A stretch of DNA of 64,000 bases from Macrostomum hystrix. Taxonomy: Eukaryota > Animalia > Platyhelminthes. The stretch spans positions 3,410,001 through 3,474,000 of the forward strand of contig CATNEN010000005.1 in assembly GCA_950097015.1 (NCBI GenBank), in the 5' to 3' direction. A program made the position numbers and the translations under genes. The notes under the pieces are model-generated. The model worked only from the letters and a program-made list of their open reading frames with translations. It had not been told where the DNA came from and did not search any database. Shown here piece after piece: positions 1 to 9,173 of the stretch. Numbering within the stretch: position 1 is the first letter of the stretch; each line of letters starts with the position of its first letter.

Positions 1-345
1 TGCAGTCGCCTGGCTGCGACTCTGAGCAACTCTGTCAGCAGCAACTTTGTCTATGTTGGTTGCTACATGGACAGCACAATCTCGAGAGATCTTTCAGGAC
101 TAAAGACGACGAAAAACTCGATGACACCCGAGTACTGTTTCGGCGTCTGTTCCGCTAGCTATTTGTACTTTAGTCTTCAGTTCGGCACTGAATGCTTCTG
201 TGGCAATAGTTACGGCAAACACGGAGCTAAGCCTGAGTCCGATTGTTCCATGTCCTGCGCTGGCGATGCATCGAAAGCCTGTGGCGCGGGCAACAGGAAT
301 AGCGTCTACCGAATAGGCGAGTCTCCTATTGTGTTTCCGTTGTAA
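1..345 (+). CDS. WSC-domain protein 1 (5' part outside window; may splice at GC donor 317)
   Basis: Open frame from base 1: FVYVGCYMD...YCFGVC...YFSLQFGTECFCGN...CSMSCAGDASKACGAGNRNSVY, the WSC cysteine pattern. Stop at 343-345, or phase-1 donor AG|GCGAGT at 316/317. Confidence 0.85.
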   Translation, partial: CSRLAATLSNSVSSNFVYVGCYMDSTISRDLSGLKTTKNSMTPEYCFGVCSASYLYFSLQFGTECFCGNSYGKHGAKPESDCSMSCAGDASKACGAGNRNSVYRIGESPIVFPL

Positions 346-1008
346 TAGAATTTTAACCCAGGATTTAATGCCACAGGCCATTGTTGAAAGGTAAAGAACC
401 AGAAGGTAAGATTTAAAGCATTTTACTGATCTCAGCGAAAAAGCTAAAGTTATCTTTTAACAATTTCTTTAATTATGAGTACACGTGTATGGCGATGAAA
501 TATAACAAAACAATGAAATAAAATTGAGCGTGCTGAATAATATTAAAATCACTGTTCGTTAGATAAGTGTAGCATGCGCTAATAGAGAATCAACAATCTA
601 CTCTGAGCTTCAAACTTTTATAAAATATAAAAACGCGCTGCATTTGTTTAAAGAGTATTGAAATATAACACGCTATTTTCCCCCTGGGAAAATACGCACT
701 GCCAACGAGCTACTTCACGACAGCTCCAAAACCGAATGACCGATTTTCGTGAAAGTCCGCCATGTTTTCTTTCGATTTCCAAGAAAACTTGAAAGCTCAT
801 AAATAAATTTAACCGTCAATGGAGACGTCATTGTTCAGCGTTATGTACAATGCTCACGTGTATTTGCACTAATTTCATTGTGACAGTGAGTCATGAGACA
901 TTCCTAGATTACTTTTATATATTTTAAGTGGGTCATTTTTTTGAAAATACCCAGCATTCCTCCTCATCTCACCCTGTTTATTATCTCACCATGTCTCTCA
1001 TGGCCGCC

Positions 1009-1180
1009 GGGCTTAAGGCACGGCTGGGCCCCGCGGGCCAGCCATGGAGGTCCCATCGAGACCGAGACCACGTATAGTGGTCAGTATCTCCGCCTGTCAC
1101 GTGGAAGGTCCGGGTTCGATTCCCGGTCGGGGAGCCATGGCTGGCCCGCGGGGCCCAGCGGCCAGCCGTGCCCAAAGCCC
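1009..1180. repeat. 39-bp GC-rich inverted repeat enclosing the tRNA-Asp copy
   Basis: Left arm 1009-1047 is the reverse complement of 1135-1180: inner 25 bp perfect, then a 7-nt insertion and 2 mismatches in the right arm. Confidence 0.9.
1051..1137 (+). tRNA. tRNA-Asp(GTC)-derived copy with encoded CCA and disrupted 5' acceptor strand (pseudo-tRNA)
   Basis: 1072-1137: D arm GTATAGTGGTCAGTAT, anticodon stem TCCGC/GTGGA, loop CTGTCAC (GTC 1096-1098), T arm CCGGG-TTCGATT-CCCGG, acceptor 3' TCGGGGA-G-CCA. 5' side reads TCCCATCGA-GACCGAGACCAC instead of TCCTCGA-TA. Confidence 0.85.
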
Positions 1181-1284
1181 TAGGGTCAAATAGAACAGAG
1201 CGATAATATAAGGAGCCGCAACTCCCAACTGGCTCGACACAGTTGTGAATCAATTCTTGGCCAGCCTTCAGTCCTAAGTCATTA

Positions 1285-2712
1285 CAGGAACTAAAACTAG
1301 AATCGAAGCAGGAACTAAAACTAGAATCGAAGCAGGAACTAAAACTAGCATCGAAGCAGGAACTAGAGCTAGAATCGAAGCAGGAACTAGAGCTAGAATC
1401 GAAGCAGGAACTAGAGCTAGAATCGAAGCAGGAACTAAAACTAGAATCGAAGCAGGAACTAGAGCTAGAATCGAAGCAGGAACTAGAGCTAGAATCGAAG
1501 CAGGAACTAGAGCTAGAATCGAAGCAGGAACTGGAGCTAGAATCGAAGCAGGAACTAGAGCTAGAATCGAAGCAGGAACTAGAGCTAGAATCGAAGCAGG
1601 AACTAGAGCTAGAATCGAAGCAGGAACTGGAGCTAGAATCGAAGCAGGAACTAAAACTAGAATCGAAGCAGGAACTAGAGCTAGAATCGAAGCAGGAACT
1701 GGAGCTAGAATCGAAGCAGGAACTAGAGCTAGAATCGAAGCAGGAACTAGAGCTAGAATCGAAGCAGGAACTAGAGCTAGAATCGAAGCAGGAACTGGAG
1801 CTAGAATCGAAGCAGGAACTAAAACTAGAATCGAAGCAGGAACTAGAGCTAGAATCGAAGCAGGAACTAGAGCTAGAATCGAAGCAGGAACTGGAGCTAG
1901 AATCGAAGCAGGAACTAAAACTAGAATCGAAGCAGGAACTAGAGCTAGAATCGAAGCAGGAACTAGAGCTAGAATCGAAGCAGGAACTAGAGCTAGAATC
2001 GAAGCAGGAACTGGAGCTAGAATCGAAGCAGGAACTAGAGCTAGCATCGAAGCAGGAACTAGAGCTAGAATCGAAGCAGGAACTGGAGCTAGAATCGAAG
2101 CAGGAACTAGAGCTAGAATCGAAGCAGGAACTAGAGCTTGAATCGAAGCAGGAACTAGAGCTAGAATCGAAGCAGGAACTGGAGCTAGAATCGAAGCAGG
2201 AACTAAAACTAGAATCGAAGCAGGAACTAGAGCTAGAATCGAAGCAGGAACTGGAGCTAGAATCGAAGCAGGAACTAGAGCTAGAATCGAAGCAGGAACT
2301 AGAGCTAGAATCGAAGCAGGAACTAGAGCTAGAATCGAAGCAGGAACTGGAGCTAGAATCGAAGCAGGAACTAAAACTAGAATCGAAGCAGGAACTAGAG
2401 CTAGAATCGAAGCAGGAACTAGAGCTAGAATCGAAGCAGGAACTGGAGCTAGAATCGAAGCAGGAACTAAAACTAGAATCGAAGCAGGAACTAGAGCTAG
2501 AATCGAAGCAGGAACTAGAGCTAGAATCGAAGCAGGAACTAGAGCTAGAATCGAAGCAGGAACTGGAGCTAGAATCGAAGCAGGAACTAGAGCTAGCATC
2601 GAAGCAGGAACTAGAGCTAGAATCGAAGCAGGAACTGGAGCTAGAATCGAAGCAGGAACTAGAGCTAGAATCGAAGCAGGAACTAGAGCTTGAATCGAAG
2701 CAGGAACTAGAG
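1285..2712. repeat. 24-bp minisatellite (ATCGAAGCAGGAACTAGAGCTAGA)n, ~59 copies
   Basis: Direct reading; variants AAAA/GGAG/GCAT; source of the spurious CFDSSSSS and VPASILAL ORFs. Confidence 0.97.
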
Positions 2713-3095
2713 TCATGATTATGATTTGTCAATCATAAGTTTTTTAATTTTGCTTTTACCTCTTGAGTGTCAGGTTTTATGGCTAGTGTTAGCATTAGAC
2801 ACTTGCATCGTCATTGAAAATTATTGCCAACTCATATCGTAGAGCGCTGAAATGCAAAAATCCACTTCAGTACACATTCAAATTCCTCTATTCATTCTGC
2901 TGCTTTGCCTATTTGCCATAGCTGTTGATGGTGTCTACAAAGTCTACCGGATGGCAACACAGAACTCACCTAATAGCTGACTGGTCCACAAAGCTGAAAT
3001 TTCATTATTTATTTATTCCACCTTAGATGTAAAACCTAAACGTTGAGAATAAAGAGAGAAAATTAAGCTCTGTACAGTGAAATAATTCAAGCAAA

Positions 3096-3518
3096 ATGAA
3101 AGCAGCATTAAGTTGTGTTCTGAAGTTTGCGGTGAATCTAGCGCTGCTAATCCTGCTGCCAGATGGCGGCAGTGCTCAATTGTTGGAGTATAAAAATGGT
3201 GCCGGATTTGATTATATCGGCTGCTTCAAAGATGAAGGTGTCAGGGATCTAAGTGGATTCTGGACTAACACACCTACTCAGTCTCCGAGCAATTGCTTCA
3301 TCAACTGTGCCGGCAGCAAGTACTTTGGTGTACAATACTCAGAGCATTGTCTCTGTGGCAACAGCTGCGGCAGGTACGGACAGGTTGATGGTAGCCAGTG
3401 CAACATGGCTTGCCCAGGTGATAGCACAGTAGCCTGCGGTGGCGTATGGCTAAATAGTGTTTATCGAGTGGTCAACAATACTGGATACCATGGATGCATT
3501 GGTGAGAATGGGCTGTGA
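3096..3518 (+). CDS. Secreted WSC-domain protein 2 (signal peptide + WSC; 3' end unresolved)
   Basis: MKAALSCVLKFAVNLALLILLPDGGSA signal, then YIGCFKD...CFINC...YFGVQYSEHCLCGN...CNMACPGD...CGGVWLNSVY. Candidate phase-1 donor G|GTGAGA at 3501/3502 after YHGCI. Confidence 0.85.
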   Translation: MKAALSCVLKFAVNLALLILLPDGGSAQLLEYKNGAGFDYIGCFKDEGVRDLSGFWTNTPTQSPSNCFINCAGSKYFGVQYSEHCLCGNSCGRYGQVDGSQCNMACPGDSTVACGGVWLNSVYRVVNNTGYHGCIGENGL

Positions 3519-3704
3519 GAATACTCAATTATATTTTTGTAAAACAGAAATATTACGATTAAGCTCAATTAATAAAAATAAGTGCAGGAGGGCTGCGGGC
3601 AATGGCACATCATTTGGTGACACTAGACCCGCAGCCAGCGAGGAGGCAATTCTGCCCATTTCGCTGACTCCTGAGCACACTTGCACTAAGATACTGTACG
3701 CAGC

Positions 3705-3892
3705 ATACGCTCACACAGGTGTGTACATCTGGCCTGACTTTCTCATCGTCAGTCTATCCCTGCACTTCACTGTGCCTTGGAGGTTGGCCCTCAAGGGCGT
3801 AAATTGCACAAGCCTCAAGCCTTCTCTCCGCGGCTGCGCCCCAAATGAATGTGGCCTCGCCGTGGAATCGAGCTTAGGGACCTTGGCGCTAT
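3705..3892 (-). mobile_element. SINE family B, 5'-truncated copy
   Basis: Near-identical to 7850-8040; retains B-box-like GCTCGATTCC. Confidence 0.7.
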
Positions 3893-3934
3893 GAATTTAT
3901 AGCAAGTCAAATAAGTTCACCAGAAAGCAGTTAA

Positions 3935-4205
3935 TAAGCAGCCGACAGCACAGCCGCAGCTATTGCGCGGTGCATCGGAAGACTGCGTACGGCTGTTCAG
4001 TCCATGGACTGGGGGGACGCCACACCCCCTTCAATTAACCCAGCTAATGCTGGTACCCATTTAACAGCTGGGTGAACTGAAGCAATGCAGAGTTAATTAG
4101 TGAAGTGTACAAGGCTATAAAAGGACACAAAATTTTTCTAGTTGAGTCGAGAATCGAACCCACGCCCTGCAAGCCGTGAGGCTGCAAGCCCAGTCATCCG
4201 ATTGG
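3935..4205 (-). mobile_element. tRNA-derived SINE family A (CORE-like centre)
   Basis: Minus strand: GGTTCGATTCTC B box, TTAACTCTGCATTGCTTCAGTTCACCCAGCTGTTAAATGGGTACC core, CAGTCCATGGACTG tail; matches 60597-60900. Confidence 0.8.
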
Positions 4206-4687
4206 TTTAGAAATTAGTCGGGAAATATATTTACTCTGAATCAGAGGAACTATAAATGATGACTCAATTCAACGTAAGTCAATGTAAGTAAAGGCGCAAC
4301 GATATTTTTATATTTATGCACTTTCATATTCAAGTTCTTACGAATAAAACTATGTTTTTTGTTTTTCGACCTTTGTCATATTGCTTTTTTCAACAAAAGT
4401 TAATTGCGTAAAACTCAAATACTTTGTTTTGCCGTGTCGCTAATTATCACCATTTGAAAAAAATAAACACCGTTTTAAAGTACATTTCTAGCTGAGAGAA
4501 AGTATGTGTGGTGTTGCCTCATTAGCATTGTAATATTGGACGAATAGCCCTTGAAAAAATTACTTTAAAGAACGGGGATTTGAAGCTAAGGTGATACTGA
4601 ATTGACGAAGACGCATTTAATAAAAAAATAATTACTGAACTTTTATGATACAAGCGAAGACTTTTATGATAAACGATAAACGATCTC

Positions 4688-5474
4688 CTATCGCCTCATC
4701 TCCCATCGCCTGATCTCCCATCGCCTGATCTCCAATCGCCTCATCTCCCATCGCCTGATCTCCTTTCGCCTCATCTCCCATCGCCTCATCTCCCATCGCC
4801 TCATCTCCCATCGCCTCATCTCCCATCGCCTCATCTCCCATCGCCTCATCTCCCATCGCCTCATCTCCCATCGCCTCATCTCCCATCGCCTCATCTCCCA
4901 TCGCCTCATCTCCCATCGCCTCATCTCCCATCGCCTCATCTCCCATCGCCTCATCTCCCATCGCCTCATCTCCCATCGCCTCATCTCCCATCGCCTCATC
5001 TCCCATCGCCTCATCTCCCATCGCCTCATCTCCCATCGCCTCATCTCCCATCGCCTCATCTCCCATCGCCTCATCTCCCATCGCCTCATCTCCCATCGCC
5101 TCATCTCCCATCGCCTCATCTCCCATCGCCTCATCTCCCATCGCCTCATCTCCCATCGCCTCATCTCCCATCGCCTCATCTCCCATCGCCTCATCTCCCA
5201 TCGCCTCATCTCCCATCGCCTCATCTCCCATCGCCTCATCTCCCATCGCCTCATCTCCCATCGCCTCATCTCCCATCGCCTCATCTCCCATCGCCTCATC
5301 TCCCATCGCCTCATCTCCCATCGCCTCATCTCCCATCGCCTCATCTCCCATCGCCTCATCTCCCATCGCCTCATCTCCCATCGCCTCATCTCCCATCGCC
5401 TCATCTCCCATCGCCTCATCTCCCATCGCCTCATCTCCCATCGCCTCATCTCCCATCGCCTCATCTCCAATCGC
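4688..5474. repeat. 15-bp minisatellite (TCGCCTCATCTCCCA)n, ~52 copies
   Basis: Essentially perfect interior; variants only at the left edge. Source of MGDEA and MRRWE ORFs. Confidence 0.97.
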
Positions 5475-5489
5475 ATTTAAGTTTCAATT

Positions 5490-6235
5490 TATACTCAGCA
5501 ACATTAAAAACCGCCACCCTAGAGCGAGGGGAACGGTTGATCTCAGCTCACTGCCGCAAATTACGTAATGTGCACCTGACTGCAAGGAGAGCTACCGTGG
5601 GAGAGTGGGGGTTGGTAAACGGTTATCGCGAAGTTCAAAATGGATGATTTAGAACACACTCCGTCAAAATGCAGCTAACGAGTAACCAGTATTACTCGTT
5701 ATCTCCAAAATGGTCCGCCACATGACCGATGGTGAATGATGGCGAGCCATAGGCATGCTTGAGGCCGGAATGTCCATCCGAGCAGTAGCCAGTCAGTTCG
5801 GCAGATCACGTTCGACGATTCGCAGCCTTCTGCAGAAGTCCAGAGACACTGGCAGTGTCGCGCACGCAAGTCGTGGAGTCCAGCGCCTTCATCTGCGCAG
5901 CACAGCAAGGGCTGATCGGCGACTGCTGCGAATTGTGAGGGGAAACCCCACCTTACCTGCCACATTGCTTCGACTCATCTGGGGTGAAAGAAGCAGGCGC
6001 GGGAACATCTTGAGTGCCCAAACAATTCGACGGAGAATTTGGGCGGCTGGGCTGCGCTGCCGGAAGATGCGCAAGCGACCCCGACTGACGCCTGCTCACA
6101 GCGCCACACGAGAGCTGTGGGCGATGTAGCGAATTCACTGGAGGCAGCAGCAATGGCGACGCGTCGTATTCACTGATGAGAGCCGCTTCCGCCTCTTTTA
6201 GGCAGACGGTCGCGTTCGTGTTTGGCGAGAGCCAA
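5490..6235 (+). mobile_element. Tc1/mariner transposon remnant, transposase pseudogene truncated after the first catalytic Asp
   Basis: ATG 5710; HTH region (GMLEAGMSIRAVASQFGRSRSTI), SAQTIRRR, RKRPRLT, W..VVFTDESRF..DGRVRVWR; in-frame stops near 5737, 6127 and 6199. TA-TACTCAGC... at ~5490 resembles a left TIR; no right TIR found. Confidence 0.85.
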
Positions 6236-6679
6236 ATTGAAAAAGAGAAAAAAACTGAGCCAAAGAGAAACGATTTGAACACAAAGATATTGATTTTATA
6301 TTACTAATAGTAGTACTGATTACTGAAAACTCGGATACTTTCACTTCTCACAGAAGATGATGTCCCAAATGACAAGTGATCGTTTTTTCACGAGTCGTAT
6401 AACTTTTTGTGATAAGTATATCACTGGAAGGCCATTGTCAAGAGCTGTTGAAATATCTGACATCCTGCATGTGCCTCGCTATACTTTGAGATGCCAAGCA
6501 CAAAAAAGTGTGGAGCAGAAAGCGGGGCGCATTTCATGAAAGGCTCGCATTTCATAGCATTTCATGAAAGGCTTGTAGTTTTGGACGCGAATGAAATTTC
6601 CGCTTTTTCTGCTGTAAACAGATAGTAATTGCAACGCGAGCAGTAAATGTGATCGTAATTTGATTCTGCAGACTAGCAA

Positions 6680-7010
6680 ACTTGTTCAGATATTGGCAAA
6701 GTTGAACAGAGATCAGCCAGCTTGTACAGAGATCAGCCAGCTTGTACAGAGATCAGCCAGCTTGTACGGAGATCAGCCAGCTTGTACAGTGATCAGCCAA
6801 CTTGTACAGAGATGAGCCAACTTGTACGGGTATCAAATAACTTGTACGGAAATCAGCCAACTTGTACGGAGACCAGCCAACTTGTGCAGAGATCAGTCAA
6901 CTTGTACGGGGATTAGCCAACTTGTACAGAGATCAGCCAACTTGTACGGAGATTAGCCAACTTGTACGGGTATCAAATAACTTGTACAGAAATCAAACCA
7001 CTTGTACGGA
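6680..7010. repeat. 20-bp minisatellite (CAGCCAACTTGTACAGAGAT)n, degenerate
   Basis: About 16 units read directly. Confidence 0.9.
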
Positions 7011-7268
7011 AAGATAAACTTATTAACTAGGTCAGGCATCTTCTTAAAACAATCCTAAAACCAGTAAACTCACCTTTGTGTTGATGATACTCGTACTTTA
7101 AAATTTTTTTTCATGGTTAGAAAATCATTGTGAAAATACGAGTAAAATGCACAAAACCTACTCAACGGTAAGAGGCTTACCTGTTAAACTAACACAGTAA
7201 TTTGCTTTCCTAACGTGTTAATAGCAGAAATTTAACAATATAAAATTAACAGATCGGTTTTAACTTGC

Positions 7269-7530
7269 CAAATATTTGGTATACGCTGTTAACCAAAGAG
7301 CCGCCGCTAAGAGACACCAGAGCACAGCATATTGCAGTCGTTTGCTAATCCATAGTTGCCGTAAGAATTTCCGCAGAAGCATTGCGAAGCAGCTTGCAAC
7401 GCGCATCTTTGTAGCAGCCGAGATAATAGAAATTTAGACCATGGGCTTGTTGGTGCGCTTTCGTGCGCTTTCAGTGATGGATCATTGCAACAAGGCGACA
7501 GCTAATGTGAGTAGCTGCGCTCTATACTGC
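7269..7530 (-). pseudogene. Inverted WSC-domain pseudogene
   Basis: Minus strand: [16 protein letters not shown] (signal-like), [12 protein letters not shown], frameshift/deletion, [23 protein letters not shown], frameshift, GGSLVNSVYQIF, then G|GCAAGT donor. Not in the ORF track. Confidence 0.8.
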
Positions 7531-7845
7531 TCAGGTAGCTTTGATGGTAGATTATTATTGAGCAATATACAATTGATTTTAAAAAGCTATATCTTGACAG
7601 GTCTTATTGTAAACTCTCGTACATTCTCCGGCAAACAATTAGACAAACGTGTACATTTTGGCCAATCAGTTATAAGGGTTTGCAAGAATCCAATTGGCCT
7701 TAAAACTACAAAAATGATGGCATAGTTTTAAATAAATAATATCTTTCGAAAAAATCTTCATCTTAAGATGAACAAGATTAAAATTACTGAAATTGTGTAG
7801 TTTTTTGTTAGGATAACTTAATTAATCCATTGGTCTTAATCCGCA

Positions 7846-8070
7846 GGAAACGCTCACAGGTGTGAACATCTGGCTTGACTTTCTCATCGTCAGGCAGTGT
7901 ACACTTTCACTGTGCGTTGGAGGTTGGCCCTCAAGGGCGTAAATTCCACGACAAGCCCCCAAGCCTTCTCTCCGCGGCTGCGCCCCAAATGAATGTGGCC
8001 TCGCCGCGGAATCGAGCTTAGGGACATTGGCGCGAGAGGCAAACGCGTTAACCGCTCTGCCACCGACCCC
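7846..8070 (-). mobile_element. tRNA-derived SINE family B, full head
   Basis: Minus strand GGGGTCGGTGGCAGAGCGG (A box) ... GCTCGATTCC (B-box-like); body shared with 3705-3892. Confidence 0.75.
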
Positions 8071-8390
8071 ATTCCCAAGGACGACTGAAGTGTCGTTTAT
8101 ATCTACTTAAGACTTAAGTAGTCCTTGCCCCTTCCATGCTGGCTTCCCACAAAATCCATGATTGCAACACCCCGATAAAACAAAGAGATTTAGCCTCTGC
8201 TTGCGGCACAGACTTAAGGTTCACACAGCCATTAAAACTTCGGCATCATGCATGGGCACCTTCTAAAGATGGCATAATGTTGCCTAAAACCTGTAGTGCA
8301 TTGCACTCTTAGCCGCACTCGCCCTCCAGTGTCTTGTCAGCCAAGCCAGTTCGGGCTGGTTGGTTTGTCTTGCTGCTCCCCCATTTTTTA

Positions 8391-8640
8391 TGCCCCGGGC
8401 TCGAAGCCGATTGGTTGGCCTCTGCCTGGGTCCGCAAACCCTATTTGTGCCCCGGGCTCGGAGTTGATTGGTTGGCCTCTGCCTGGGTCCGCAAACCCTA
8501 TTTGTGCCCCGGGCCCGGAGCCGATTGGTTGGCCTCTGCCTGGGTCCGCAAACCCTATTTGTGCCCCGGGCTCGGAGCTGATTGGTTGGCCTCTGCCTGG
8601 GTCCGCAAACCCTATTTGTGCCCCGGGCCCGGAGCCGATC
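8391..8640. repeat. 57-bp GC-rich tandem repeat, ~4.4 copies
   Basis: Units start at 8391, 8448, 8505, 8562, 8619. Confidence 0.93.
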
Positions 8641-9173
8641 CTGCCCCCCTCACTCCTTTTCTACTGCTAGCGAAGCAACCACATGTAAAATCCGATTGCT
8701 AAGTCTAGAAATCTACAGGATTTTCTCGTGGCGCCTTGTTACCGTGGATACCGTCAAGAATTTTTGCTTTAGATATTTAACACACTTCCGTGGAGTATGC
8801 TAAATTTGGGAGCTTTTTTCGTTTCTTTTGTCCGGTAGAGTGCTAGTTACTATTGTTAGTTGCTTAGAGCCTAGAAGCAATAGGAAGAGGATTTCGCCTT
8901 TCTGCACTATTAATTACCGCTAAATAATAACAGAATCGAAAATACTTAGCTGACTGCAAACACTCATTCTCATAATATCTCATTCTCAACAATTCCAATG
9001 GTCGTTTCTGTGTTAGCAGTCTCAGGTTCATTAACCATGTGAAAAGCCTATACTTGTCGTTGCCTAGTGTAATCAATTATATTGATTACTCAGACAGGTG
9101 TGCAAATAGCACAGTTCCAGTATTAAATAAAGGAGGTTAGTTCGTTCTGCTATAGCCCGTGTGACAACTGCAG

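Noticed and set aside
1057-1069. Two GAGACC (BsaI) sites next to a tRNA, suggesting a tRNA-gRNA cloning vector
   Set aside because: Sites are direct (a CGAGAC duplication), not inverted, and there is no gRNA scaffold or vector backbone.
1139-1187. Theta/HDV-like ribozyme or Helitron 3' end after the tRNA CCA
   Set aside because: A 7-bp P1 forms, but there is no room for P2 and L3 lacks the UCC.CG consensus; the hairpin-CTAG is followed by G rather than T and no TC 5' end is evident.
981-2732. Long repetitive ORFs (583 and 480 aa here; also 4632, 27518, 29907, 35126, 37342, 39924, 56656 and others)
   Set aside because: Translations of intronic or intergenic arrays, open in several frames or both strands, with no splice or domain support.
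7850-7895. CTGACGA...GAAA on the minus strand of SINE-B as a hammerhead core
   Set aside because: Only 3 nt between the motifs, so no stem II, and no matching stem III/NUH.
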